This document shows, in pieces, positions 12,500-27,265 of a stretch of DNA of 64,000 nt; position 1 is the stretch's first letter, and every line of letters starts with the position of its first letter. The notes under the pieces were generated by a model. That model saw only the letters and a program-made list of their open reading frames with translations, was not told the origin of the DNA and did not search any database. A program made the translations under genes and the position numbers. The stretch is from the human T2T-CHM13v2.0 reference genome, Homo sapiens, in assembly GCF_009914755.1 (NCBI RefSeq), contig NC_060933.1; one strand, given 5' to 3'.

Positions 12500-12966
12500 A
12501 GATAGAGTTTCACTCTTGTTGCCCAGCTGGAGTGCAATGGTGCAATCTCAGCTCATTGCAACCTCCCTTGAACCTCCCAGGTTCAAGCGATTCTCCTGCC
12601 TCAGCCTCCCAAGTAGCTGGAATTACAGGCCTACACCACCACACCCAGCTAATTTTTTGTATTTAGTAGAGATGGGGCTTTACCATGTTAGTCAGGCTGG
12701 TCTCAAACTCCTGACCTCAGGTGATCCACCTGCCTCGGCCTCCCAAAGTGCTGGGATTACAGCTGTGCGCCACCATGCCTGGCTTCTGCCTCCCTCTTCT
12801 AAGGACACCTGTGATTTCACTTACCGCTCACCAGGATAATCTCTCTATCTCCAAATCCTTCACTTAATCACACCTGTGAAGTCTCTTTTGCCACCTAAGG
12901 TGACATTTACAGATTCCAGGAATTAGAACCTGGCTGTCTTTGAGGACCATTATTAGGTCTATAACA
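12136..12966 (-). mobile_element. MLT1D MaLR solo LTR, interrupted by Alu
   Basis: 'ggaggccagaag...tctccagaggctctagggagag...cttaatcacacctgtgaagtc'; TG...CA ends; aaaac/acaac flanks. Confidence 0.85.
12469..12784 (-). mobile_element. AluS (Sq/Sp-like)
   Basis: Poly-T, 'gagtttcactcttgttgccc', TSD tctgcct(g/c)cctctt at 12457 and 12785. Confidence 0.93.
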
Positions 12967-13159
12967 ACAACATTAAAAATATGTATCAACCAATACAGCA
13001 TGACACAGATCCCTCAGCATGGTCCTCTGCTTTCCTGCCTCATGAGATGGGCAGAGACCACTTAGGGAGCTCACATTAGCAGCATTTACTAACCAGGTTT
13101 CAACTATTTCAATATTTTAACAACCAGGCATACCACCTAAATATGAACACTGCTATTAG

Positions 13160-13275
13160 TAAATGCCTCAGAGAGCAATTGTCATGATTAGATGCCACAA
13201 TCCATGTCAAGAATACTAAGCACAATGCCTGGCATACAGTAAATGCTTAAGAAATGCTAGCTATTAACATGGTTA
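13160..13275 (+). mobile_element. MIR 3' part
   Basis: 'aagcacaatgcctggcatacagtaaatgcttaagaaatgctagctatt'. Confidence 0.75.
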
Positions 13276-14054
13276 TTAATAGTGAGCTGGTGCCTCCCGG
13301 GGCCTGAACTCTGTTCTGAGTGGATTCATTTCTCTGAAAGATGAGAGCTCCCCTGCCTCCAGCTGCATCTCCACTGTCTCTTCAGGCAGCACAGATATTC
13401 CCGCATGCCTGGGCCTTGCCCTCCTGGGTACCAGTCCTACTCATTCTTCTCTATTTCCTCCACCTTCTCCCTGGATATGCTCTCACTCTCAGCTCCCCCA
13501 GAGTCAGGACACAACCTATCTTCTGCAGCTGGCATTCTAATCAGAAATTGGGTCAAGACACCCATTCACCAGCCCCCAGTTTGCCCAAAGAATAAATTAT
13601 GCTTCCCACTTCCTCATCTACATAAGATGTGCTGTGGCCAAGAATGCACTGGATGCTTCCAGCAGCCTGGGAGGTGGCCAAGTATCCTGAGCTTGGAGTG
13701 TGTGCACTGGAGCCAGGCTTTGACAGCTGCAAGAAGTCCCTTGCTGGAATATCCATTACTCTGAGCTGATTGGCCAAGCCTGGATGAGGGCGCCAGGCCA
13801 TACCCATTCCTATGAGCTGACTATAAAGTTAGTACTCTAAAGCTACAGTCTTCTCTTGAAGCCAAGTAGATGAGGGCCTATTGGAATCCTCTGTACAAGG
13901 AGGAAGGTTCCAGGCCACCCTCAGTACCGATGGCTAGTTAATCTTTGAAGTTTGGCTCTCCAATCACCCTCTTCAATTGTATTTTTCCACCTTTAATTTA
14001 AGAGTGTCAGTCCTGGGTCAGAAACGGAGCCAGGATCTAGAAATCCAAACTCAA

Positions 14055-14520
14055 TGATAACAGCTATTGCTTATTAAGTGCTTATTCTGTGCTAGACAAG
14101 GGGCTTACATTAACCTTCCAGTTGTAATAAGATGCAGAAAGTGATGCTTAACATAGGTTAAGTGACTTGTAAATGGTGCTGCCAAGTCTTCAACTCAGGA
14201 TGTCAAAGTCTTACTGTTGTTGTTTTTTCCCCCATGCTACCATACTTCCTGTGAATGAAAAGCAATCCTGGCTCTCAGAAGCTTCAATCCAGTGGGAACA
14301 TGCTCCATAATTAAATAACTGCAACCTCCTATATGCTAAGCAAGATGGGAGGAGCAAAAAGAAAAAAACAATCTCTCTCCTATGCCAATAAAGTCCTTGG
14401 AGACTACCTGATTCAACCCCTCACTCTGCAGATGGGGAAACTGAGTCAAAGGCCTCACAGTGAATATGTAGAAGAGCTAGGACCAGGGCCCAGCCTCCTG
14501 CTGCCAGGGCCACACTACCC
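14055..14520 (-). mobile_element. MIR/MIR3 fragments (cluster)
   Basis: 'ttattaagtgcttattctgtgctagac' and 'cagatggggaaactgagtc' MIR core motifs. Confidence 0.65.
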
Positions 14521-14574
14521 TCCCCAGTGGCCCTTCCTGCTACCTGGGCCCCCAAGGAAGGAAAGAGTTGGGAT

Positions 14575-14909
14575 TAGGGTTGTTAGATTCAGCAAAAACC
14601 AAAACAGATGCCCAGCTCAGTTTGGATTTCAAGTAAACAACAAATAAAGGATTTTTTTTGTACTTATGTATGTATGTCTGTGTGTGTATGTATATGTATA
14701 CACACATATATACATGTATATCATATATATATATACACACCCATAAGCTAATATTATAAGCAGTAACTATCACCATTTACAAGTGTGTCCCAAATATACT
14801 TGTAATGTCTCATATACATATATATATATCCCCAAAAATATTTGGGACATACTTATACCAACAAAATATTTATTGTATATATGACTATTTTCTTCATTTG
14901 ACAATTCTG
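14575..14909. mobile_element. MER53 (palindromic hAT MITE) with internal microsatellite expansions
   Basis: 'tagggttgttagattcagcaaaa...atttcaagtaaacaacaaata' and 'atatttgggacatacttatac'; 8-bp TSD gttgggat/gttgggct. Confidence 0.85.
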
Positions 14910-15374
14910 GTTGGGCTGGATCTCAGGCATTCAGGGCTCTAGGAAGGGGGTTAAGCTAAGCAGGCCTGGATTGTGGGGGAGTAGCATCCACTCTTTGGTT
15001 GACTTATGGCTGATTAGGTGAAATTCACAGAAATGGTCTATAAAGCCAATGCAAGAGGAAGACAAGAGAGAGACTCCTGTTATGTACAACAGGAATCTGC
15101 AGACTCCAGCCAGTCAAAAGGGCCATATTCACACAAGAACCATTCCAGGAAGGGAGAGGAGAAGGGGAGTAGGAGTGACTGACAAAGCAGCTACAGGGGC
15201 CCAGTGAGGGCAGCACAGAGTAGGTAGAGAGGGACTCTGCCTGGGCGGAAACCTCCTGTGGAAGTGGAGCTTCTCCAAGTAGTGGTGGTCACCAGGAGGA
15301 TAGGGTAGTGGTAGCAGGGGGACATCCTACATGTTTTTATGCCCACCCTAGCCTTCTTCGTGTCTGGTAGCTTG

Positions 15375-15590
15375 GGATAATGCAAAAAATGCCTAAGATT
15401 TGGCTTCAGAATTTCAAGTCACATTAGCCCATGTCCCAGCTATGTGACCTGGACACATTTACAGAGCATTTCTGAGTTCAATTTTTTCCTTTATAAAATG
15501 GGATTCACTGGGCTATTGTTCAAATCAGACAAGAAAATGAGGATATGACTTTATAAAGTGCTTCTATAAATGCTGGCACTTATTGCAGTA
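15375..15590 (+). mobile_element. MIR
   Basis: 'agctatgtgacctggacac...tctgagttcaattttttcctttataaaatggg'. Confidence 0.7.
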
Positions 15591-16404
15591 AATGCTCAGT
15601 GTCTACTGAATGAATGTTGTTTTTGTATTTTCTGTCTCTCCTCATCAAAAACACATCAGGATCCTAAAACAAATCCCATTTGTGAATCCAGTCCTCTGCT
15701 GCTTTATCATTCCCTTGCCATTCCAATTGGAGAAGAGGATAATTGAATGATTTGAAGCTGTGAAGGGGCCAGATTCCCCTGGCTTCGGGTTTCCATTGTC
15801 ATTTGGGAGAGTTGCTCTGGCTCTCGGAAGCACACTGGGCACTATTAAATAATTTCCTATAGCAGGAGCTTGTATGAGATGGTCCCTTAGTGCATAATAG
15901 TTTTGAGGATGAGGTCAAGCCAGTATTATGGGTGTTAAAAAGTAATTATGTGGAGCCACAGAGGTGGAGGCCTAGACAGTGGGGAGCCAAGATAGGAGAA
16001 GGGGGTAGGAGGAAGGGGGAAAATGGGAGGAAAGAGGAGAAAGAGATAGGCTGTTGCAGGATCTGGTTACTCTCTGCTTGCAAGTTCACCTTTGGGAATT
16101 AAAGCAAATCATTTGAACTTCCTGAATCATTTTCCTGATATATAAAAAGAACAGACCCTGCTTACAGATGGGTTGAACTGATAATTAGCAGAAACTGTTG
16201 GACATTTTACTATATGTATATAATAATGTCTTATGGTACTATAGCATCCTATTTGAATTTCATATGACTCTGGAGTGGGCAGAGGAAAAAGCATAGCTGA
16301 AAGCCCTAAGATACAAAACTGCAAGGGCTCTAGTGTGGCCAGGATGTATTTTTTCAAGGGGGAGAGTATTGTGAGATTAGGTGGAGTATCACACAGAAAG
16401 CAGC

Positions 16405-17815
<1,411 letters not shown>

Positions 17816-17969
17816 CCTGTGACTCAGCATGGCCATTCATAGTCTGTGGGAAACCCTTGCCCATGAGCACAAAGGCCTATGTGGAAGTAAGTATGTTTAT
17901 CAAAGCAGTGCTTGTAACCAACTTAAACACCCATCTAGAGTAGAATGGAAAATTAATCCAGGGCAAGAG

Positions 17970-18513
<544 letters not shown>

Positions 18514-19029
18514 GACACATCTAGAATTACTAAATACCATGGCATAAAGCAAAGGGTCTTGAGATAATTTTTTTACCTCCCCATTTTATAGATGAGCGAA
18601 AGAAAGTTATACAAGGGGAAAGTGGCTGGTTTAAATCACTGGAAGCTAGGAGGAGCCTTTTCCCCAGGTGCTTTTAGTACCCAGCCCCTTCACCACACCA
18701 CTCTGCCCCCAGACTGCAGACTCAGGTCTTATGAGTCTTACTCAATGCCTTGATACGGCAAAATGTTAAGGAGGCCACACAAATATGGCTAAAAAAGTCT
18801 TAGTCTGGAAACATGATTTTTTTTTTTTTTTTTTTTTGTCCTTTGTAGTTATTTAAGGTTGACAGCATTTACTTTGGTGGCTCACTTGCTTGCTTGTTGG
18901 TTAGTAAATTCTTCTGGGTTCAGCCTAAATTAAAGTGAGTTCATCCCCTCCTTCTTCATCCGCCTCTTACATTGCACTGGTCCGTTCTACTTCCTGATTC
19001 TCTCCCCACCCTCAGAGCCTCAGTTTGCC

Positions 19030-19690
19030 TGTTTTGGAGCCTAGCAGCCTCCTCTCCTTTCTTCCTTTCCCCAGACTCTGCCTTTCAATGCATCCTCCTC
19101 CACATGGATCACAGATGAATCTTTGTAAAACACAAACCTGCCCATACCTCTTGTCTGCTTATTCCCTTCAGAGGCACTCTGTGGTCCTCAGCATGAAGTT
19201 CTTAGCTTGGCTGCTAAGACCTTCTGTGACCCTGCTTCTAGCTACCTTTTGGGCTCACACGTCACTTGTTGCTATGATTCTCACCTCCGTCACACCTTAT
19301 GCTCCCACCACACAGAGGGACTCACCATTTCTTCACTAGGCTCTTTCTCACCCCCAGCCCATGTCCAGGTTTCTCTCTCTTTTTTTCCCCTCTCTTCACA
19401 TGTGTAACTCCAGCTCATTTTTCAGTCACGCCTCCCATCTTCAAGGAAGCCTTCCCTGGGACCCTAGCTGGTACACCTCACCCACCCCTCCAGGAGCTGG
19501 CTGCCCCCGTGAGGCTCCCATAGCAGCACCCTGGGTTTGCATCTATCTTTAGCACTTATCACACTCAATTATCAGGGTCTACTAATATGTCTCTCTTCCT
19601 CTAATAGCCTAGGAGATCCTCAAGGCTAGCAGACCCTTTCTTATTTCTTTTTATGTCTCTAGTAGGTCTGGAATGTGCTATGCACAGACA
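19030..19690 (+). mobile_element. L2 3' region
   Basis: 'ggaagccttccctg', 'tttagcacttatcacactc', 'gagatcctcaagg'. Confidence 0.7.
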
Positions 19691-20262
19691 TCACAGACTA
19701 GATACACAAATGAACTTTATTACAGAACGGAAGAATTTGTTTTGTAACTGGGAAGGGACACGCAAAAGTCGCGTCTTCCTGCTTTTCAAAGATTTCTGAT
19801 TATACCAGTTACGCACCGCACTTATACTTGCTAGATATTGTGGAGGTGCTAAGAAATTTGTTTTGCCTATAACTGCATTTTTTAAAAGCCTGTGTTTATG
19901 TTTTCTAAGTGAGATAATTAGAAAGGCTTCACATGGTATAATTCCATAGATATTATGCTGCTCACTCGTTATAAAAATAATCAAGTATGTCTCATAAAGA
20001 TGACTTAATTTCACGAATGAGTTGTACTCAAGTAAATATTTACTTCTAAATGCAATTTTGTTGAAAAACCTTTCAGAACACTTTCATTAAACTTGTATGA
20101 TGCATAAGCTGTGTAGTTATTAAGTCATTATTCAAAGGATGATCATTTTTAAATAAAAAGAAACACATGCTTTCAATGCATCAAACACTTATTTAGAGCT
20201 ACTTACATGCCAAACCTTGAGGTGACCACAATTCCTTTGATTTCTGGCATTAGTCTTTATTT

Positions 20263-20308
20263 TACACACACACACAAACACAAACACAAACACAAACACA
20301 CACACGCA
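20263..20308. repeat. Compound (CA)n/(CACAAA)n microsatellite
   Basis: Directly visible. Confidence 0.9.
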
Positions 20309-20319
20309 CTCCATAAGCA

Positions 20320-21765
20320 AATCCAAAACAGAGCAATGATCTCTTCCTTCTCTCCATTTTACTGCTCCAGTTCTGATCAATTACCACTTAGATAGATCTT
20401 TGAAGATTTCAACATTTCGTAATTCAATTTTTGTCATCTTTCAATCCATTTTCTGTATAACAGCCAAGTCAACTTTGTAAAAATTAAACCATATTATGAC
20501 ACTCACTTGCTTAATACCTCCCAGTGACTTCCCGAGATATAATTTGTTTTATAAGGTAACTTCAACACCCCATTAACCCCTGAAGCTCTCTGTTCTCCAA
20601 TTGTACTGGGCATTTCTTTCTGCCTTTATCCTCCAAGCCAGTTCTTACTCCAGCAATTCTGCAATCACTATTCCTCCTCTCTAGAATACTCCTTCCACAG
20701 ATCTTTGCATGGCTGCCTCCCCATCATTCAGGCCTCTGAGAGTTTCCTTTCCTCCACTCACTGTCTTCTTCACATAACCCCATTTCATTTCCTTCAGAAC
20801 AACCACTTTTCACTGTTTGCAGTTAGCTCACTTCTTTGTTAACTTTTTATTGTTTGACTCCCTCCCTCCACCCCTTTAAATAAATATTTCCATAAGAAGA
20901 AGGATCTGGCTTGGCTTGTTCATAGCAGTACCTCCACAGCTTAGAAAGGTCCCTGGTCTATCACAGATGTTCAATAAAGTTTCTTGAATGAATAATTGAA
21001 GACATAATCCCTGCCTGAAAGATCATTCACTTTTAAAATTAAATTGAAAAGAAGGCAATCTGGGACTAGTGCTGGAATGGGTGTGAAAGAACCTTGGAAC
21101 CTTCATCTCCTCAATGTTCCTTCTCCTCCCTTGATTGTTATGAGGTCCTCTGACAGCCTCCCTGCCTCCAGTCCTGCCTCCTCCAGCTCATTCTCTGCAA
21201 TACAGTGGGTACTCCATACTATGCTCATGGCCCTTAAGGATAAAATATAAACTCATTAGCACCTATATAAGGTATCTTAAGTTCTGGTTTCAACTGAGCT
21301 CCATAGTTTTCATTTCTCACCCCCTCTTTAAACATGTCCCTCAGTCTTCTGAAAACCCAGCACTAGCAGATGACAATCATCCTCTGTTGGTCTTCCTTTT
21401 GTTGTAAACATGCTGTTCTCTCTACTTTCAATTCCATTCTCCCTGTCTTAACCTGGATAACCCTTGTTCCTTGTTCTAGGCTGAGCCCAGATGATTTCAC
21501 TTCTAGAAAATCTTTGCTGTTTCCTCACTACTCCTCCTCTTTTCTTTAAAACTCCTAGTACTCACCTCCATCCCCATTCCAGGACTCAACCTACCTCTTA
21601 TTTTATTATTATTTTTTTTTTTTTTGCCTTTTTGTGGCTCAGTTTTAACCACCAGACCGGAAACTACAGGAGGCAATTTGATTTATCTGATTTATCACAG
21701 TATCATCCATGTCTAACATAATATACAATAAATATTTACAGATTAAGTATTTGAATCAATGAATG
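20320..21765 (+). mobile_element. Two tandem L2 3' fragments
   Basis: Each ends in an L2-type tail ('gttcaataaagtttcttgaatgaata' ~20970; 'caataaatatttac...tgaatcaatgaatg' ~21730). Confidence 0.65.
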
Positions 21766-22039
21766 GGTAAAATAAAATTCTCAAGAGCAAAGAAGGAGAA
21801 AGCACTGAGAAGAGAAGAGGCCAACTCGGGGAGGCTTCCAGAAACAAGCAGAGCAGGTCTCTAGTCATTTATAAGTGATTCCAAATTCAACAGCTCTAAA
21901 AACCAAAAGTCTTTCTTCTCCCATTAGGTGGTAAAGCCTCACTTGGCCTACTGTGTCTTTACTTATTCCACTTAGTGTGAGTACTCATACGTTTTGCTGC
22001 AAAACATTAGTACCCATTATTGCAAGGTTGCCCTGGAGT

Positions 22040-22160
22040 ACATTAAATCTATTTTGTAATATACTGCATATGAATTCTGTTACCTTTCTTAAATCCAAAA
22101 AGATTCTGGACTCCAAAACATGTCTGGCCCCAAGGGTTTCACATAAAGAATGATGGCCCA
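22040..22160. mobile_element. Tigger (Tigger12-like) terminal fragment
   Basis: 'aaatccaaaaagattctggactccaaaacatgtctggccccaagggtttc' resembles a recalled Tigger terminus. Confidence 0.5.
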
Positions 22161-22406
22161 GGATTTGAACTGTCTTAGAGGATGAATAGGATCCCAATAG
22201 GCAGAACTGTACAGGAACAGAATGTGCAAGGGCAAAGCAGCCAGTGTAACAAAGAGTGGTAATTTGTCTGAAGTCATCAGAAGGCAGAATCTTTAAATTT
22301 ATAGGAAATTCATGCTGGAAAGATGTTTTGAGTCTGATGGGGTCTTGAACATCAGGCTAAGGAGGCTAAACTTTATTCTGTAGGTGATGGGAAACTAGCA
22401 AATTGA

Positions 22407-22710
22407 TTTTCTTTTTCTTTTTGAGGCAGGGTCTTGCTCTGTTGCCCAGGCTGGAGTGCAGTGGCATGATCACGGCTCACTGCAGCCTTAACCTTTTGGG
22501 CTCATGTCATCCTCCTGCCTCAGCCTCCTGAGTAGCTGGGACTATGGGTGTTCGTCACCACTCCCGTTTACTTTCTTAAAATTTTTTTTTTGTAGAGATG
22601 AGGTTTTCCTGTGTTGCCCAAGCTAGTCTCAAACTCCTGGGCTCAAGCTGTCCTCCCACATGAGCCTCCCAAAGTGCTGGGATTACAGGTGTGAGCCACC
22701 ACACCCAGCC
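22407..22710 (-). mobile_element. AluJ
   Basis: AluJ diagnostics (gatcacggctcactgcagcct, ctcctgggctcaagc); degraded TSD agcaaattgatttt/agcaaaggattttt. Confidence 0.92.
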
Positions 22711-25700
22711 AGCAAAGGATTTTTAACAGACAAATGAGAGCAGGTAAAGCAGATGTGATGAGTGGGAGGCAATCTGTACTTAGCTTCTTAGTTATGTGAC
22801 ATTTAATTGCTCTGAGCCTCAATTGCTTCATTTGAAAAGTGAGGATAATTTAAAATGAAAATCAAATGAAAAACGCATGTGAACATTTTTTCTAAAATGT
22901 AAAATTGTTTTAAGATATAAAGTGTAATTATTAACTGATAATGAAGACCGAAGAGTAGGGAGTGGGGCAGGGTTTAGGAGTTGAATGTTCCCTGTGCTGA
23001 GTTTGTGTGATATCTAAGAGGCAACGTTCAATAGCCAGGTGGCAATGTAGTTCTGGAAATAGGTAAGAGCCAGAGTGATAAGAATTGGAGCTGTCTGCAT
23101 AGAGGAATGAGTGGAGGATACAAGAGTCGATGCATTGCGCCTTAAGGTAACTGGGATTAGTCATAAAAAGGCCCCTCCTAAACATCAAAAAAGGATGAAG
23201 TGTCCCTTTTTTCATTTACATGAACTGTGACATTTGTGTTTCCAAATTTTAGTTTCTTTTGAGAGATGGATAAGGAAGTAATAACTTAAAAATATAAAAT
23301 CTTTGAAAGGATATACTATGAAAAAGCTGGAACACTGAACAGGGCAAGCCCTTCATGCAGAGCATTTGTTGCTAAGTCATTTGCATTTTATTGAAAAAAT
23401 GTATTACAGGAAGTCACTGGATAATAAAGACATTGTTGGAATTTGTATCTGTATTTTTTTTTCCCCTAAGTGAAAGTACTGAGGGTTTGGTTTGCTTCTG
23501 AACTCTCTTTTCTTTCAACTTCTTTTTAAATTTTTTCTTCCAAACTACATTTATAAGAACACATTGAAATTTAACAGATTGTGATAACTGGAAGGACTCT
23601 TACGTATCAAATCCCAGCCATTTTATAGATTGCGATCAAGGTCTGGAGATGGGGTGTAACTTGCCCATTATCACACCATTAGTCAGTATAAGAAAATGGT
23701 CTCATAGCCAGCTAAAGCCTTTTCCATTTACAACAGTGCCAGAATCTATTGTGCAGCTGGAGAGGAAAGCATGAGTTTGGATAAAAAGAAACAGATGATG
23801 TCAACCATCCTTTTCCCCAAACCAATGAGGAGACAGGTGTTTCCCCTTTTTTCCCTGTATCTTCCAGCCTCACCTGGCACATCGCATGACCACGCTTCTA
23901 ATTGATTCTTTTCAGCCTAGTTGCTACTTTCTTCTGGACAGCTTCTCCATGTCCAGGTGCCCACCCCTCCCAGATCCAACACAACCACCTGATAGCAACA
24001 ATGATGTTCTACAGGGGACATCTAGGAAAATCCTAGTGCATCTTCATCTCCTGCTATCAAAAGATGTATGCTTAGCAGTGACTCATTCTGTCCCACACTG
24101 CTCTGATGTGAATATTGGAGGCTCAGGGTTCCACATGCATGATGATAACAAGTTCAACCAGTGTCCCTGAGGATGGATACAGAGAGATTTGGGGTGTCTG
24201 GTAGGATGAATGAATGTATCTGTGAGAGACCCATCCTGGTGGGAGAGACTGGGCTGATCCTAATCAGGGGAGCACGTGACAGCTGGTGTGCAGTCAAGAA
24301 AGGCAAGTCTCAAAGATCTATGATAATGCAGGGAGGTGTAGCAAGATGGTGGAATAGAAGGCTCCACTGATCATCCCCCTCCTCTAACCCTGGCAAGGAC
24401 ACCAAGTTAACACCTATCTACAAAGAAACAACATCTTCTTAAGAACCAAAAATCAGGTGAGGACTCATAATACCTGGTTTTAATTTCATGCAGCTGAAAG
24501 TGGCAAAAAAAAAAAAAAAAAACAGAAAAAACAGTTCTGAATCACCAATGCCACCCACCAGCAGCAACAGTATGGTGCTGAGAGCTTGTCTCTGGGCATT
24601 GAGGGAGGGAGAACACAGCAATTATGAGGAACTGAACTCAGTGCTATACTGTTAAAGCAGAAAGGAAAACAGAACCCAACTCAGCTGACATCCACCCATA
24701 GAGGGAACATTTAAATCAGCCCTAGCCAGATGGGAATTGCTGATCCTAGTGGTCCAAACTTGAGTGCCCACATACCTCGCCACTGAGGGCTACAGTGCTC
24801 TGTGTCTCCAAGTAAACTTGAAAGGCAGTCTAGGCCATAAGAACTGCAACTCTTAGGTGAGTCCTAGTGCTGAACTAGGCCCAGAGACAGTGGACTGGGG
24901 TGGACACATAACATACTGAGACACCAGCTTGAGCAGCCAAGGGAGTGCTGGCATCACCCCTCCCCTAACCCCAGGCCTCACAGTTCACAGCTCCAAAAGA
25001 GACCCCTTCCTTTTGCTTAAGGAGAGGAGAGGAAAGAATAGGGAGGTATTTGAGCTGCCACAGCAGGATAGGGCACCAAGTAGAGTTGTGAGGCCCTAGC
25101 TCCCAGGGGACATTTCTAAACACACCCTGGGCCAGAAGGGAACCCGGCTGCCCTGAAGAAAAGAACCCAGTCCTGCCAGCATTCATCACCTGCTAATTGA
25201 AGAGCCCTTGGACCCTGAATAACCAGCAGCAGTGATACCCAGGTACTACATCAAGGACTTTAGTTGAGCCTCTGAGATGTGCTGGCTTCAGGTGAGACTC
25301 AGCACATAATTAGCTGTGGTGGCTACATGGCAAAATTCCCTTTGTTTGAGAAAAACAGGAAAAGTAAAGGAGACTTTGTCTTGTACCTTAGGTACCATCA
25401 TAGCCACAGGAGAGGTAGAATACTAACTGGGCTCTTGGGGTTCCCAATTCCAGGGCTTGACTTTCAGATGGCATTTCTGGACTTTCGTTGTGCCAGAGTG
25501 GAGCCCACTGCCCTGAATGCTGAGTCCCAGGCAGCATTCACAACAAGCTGACTTAGAACCCTTGGGCCTTAAGACAGCTTGGCTGGTAGTCTAGAAGTAC
25601 TCCTCACAGCCTCGGGTGGCAGTGGCTAGAGGGAGAGGCTCTTCTGCCTTAGGAAAGGAGAGGGAAGAGTGGGAAGGACTGCATCTTATGTTTTTTTGTG

Positions 25701-26305
25701 TGCTAGCTCAGCCATAGTACAATAGAACACCAGGTAGACTTCTAAGATTTTTGACTCTACTCCCTGGCTCCTGGACAACACCTAGGTCCTGGGGGTCCTT
25801 GCCACCCTGAAGGAAAAGACACAGTCCTAGCTGGCTTTGCCACCTACTGACTGTAGAGCCCCAGGGCCTTAAGCAAACATACATAGTATGAAGGGAGTGG
25901 TTACAGCAGGCCCTGTGCAAGACCCAGCATTGTGCTGGCTTCAGTTCTGACCCAGCACAATCATAGTGGTGGTGGCCACAAGGGTGCTTGTGTCATTCTA
26001 CCCCCAGCTTTAAGTGGCTTAGAACAGAGAGACGACTGTTTGTTCCAGAGAGAGTAAGGGAAGAGAACAACAATCTGTGCCTGGTAATCCAGAGAAATCT
26101 CCCAGATCTTGTCCAAGACCATCAAGGTGGTACCTCTACAAATCTGCAAGAATCACAGTGTTACTGCACTTGGGGTGCTCTCTAAAGCAGATAGAGCTTA
26201 GATCACAACACCCAAGTCCTTTCAAATATCTGGAAAGCCTTCCCAATAAGGACTACTACAAATAAGTCCAGGCAGTGAGGACACCAATAAATACCTAAGC
26301 CTTCA

Positions 26306-27265
26306 ATGCCCAAATACTGAAGAACATCTACTAGCATCAACAACATACAGGAAAACATGGCATCACCAAATGAACTAAATAAGACACTAAGGACCAATCT
26401 GAGAGAAACAGAGATATGTGACCTTTCAGACAGAGAATTCAAAATAGCTGTGTTGAGGAAACTCAGAGAAATTCAAGATAACACCGAGAAGAAATTCAGA
26501 ATTCTATCAGGTAAATGTAACAAAGACATTGAAATAATTATAATGAATCAAGCAGAAATTCTGGAGCTGAAAAATAAAATTGGCATACTGAAGAATGCAC
26601 CAGAGTCCTTTAATAGCAGAATTAATCAAGCAGAATAAAGAATTAGTGAGCCTAAAGACAGGCTAATTGAAAATACACAGTCAGAGGAGACAAAAGAAAA
26701 AAAGAATAAAAAACAATGAAGCACACCTACATGATCTTGAAAATGGCCAATCTAAGAGCTATTGGCCTTAAAGAGGAGGTAGAGAAAGAGATAAGGGTAG
26801 AAAGTTTATTCAAAGGGATAATAACAGAGAACTTCCCAAACCTACAGAAAGATATAAATATCAAAGTACAAGAAGGTTATAGAACACCAAGCAGATTTAA
26901 CCCCAAAAAAGACTACCTTAAGGAATTTAATAATCAAATTCTCAAAGGTCAAGGATAAAGAAAAGATTCTAAAAACAGCAAGAGAAAAGAAACAAATAAC
27001 ATACAATGGAGGTCCAATACGTCTGGCAGCAGACTTTTCAGGGGAAACCTTACAGGCCAGGAGAGAGTGACATGACATATTTAAAGAGCTGAAGGAAAAA
27101 AAATTCATCCTAGAATAGTATGTCCAGTAAAAATACCCTGCAAACATGAAGGCGAAATACTTTCCCAGATAAACAAAAGCTGAGGGATTTCATTAATACT
27201 AGACTTGTCCTACAAATGTTAAAGTTATTTCTTGTAGGACAGGTCAGAAATAAAAGGACATTAAT
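26306..27265 (+). pseudogene. L1 ORF1p remnant (disrupted)
   Basis: ORF fragments 26357-26638 (DLSDREFKIAVLRKL...) and 26716-26958 (NLRAIGLKE...ENFPNL). Confidence 0.9.

Noticed and set aside
20189-20395. ORFs with HKHKHK / VFVFVF repeats
   Set aside because: Translation of the (CACAAA)n microsatellite
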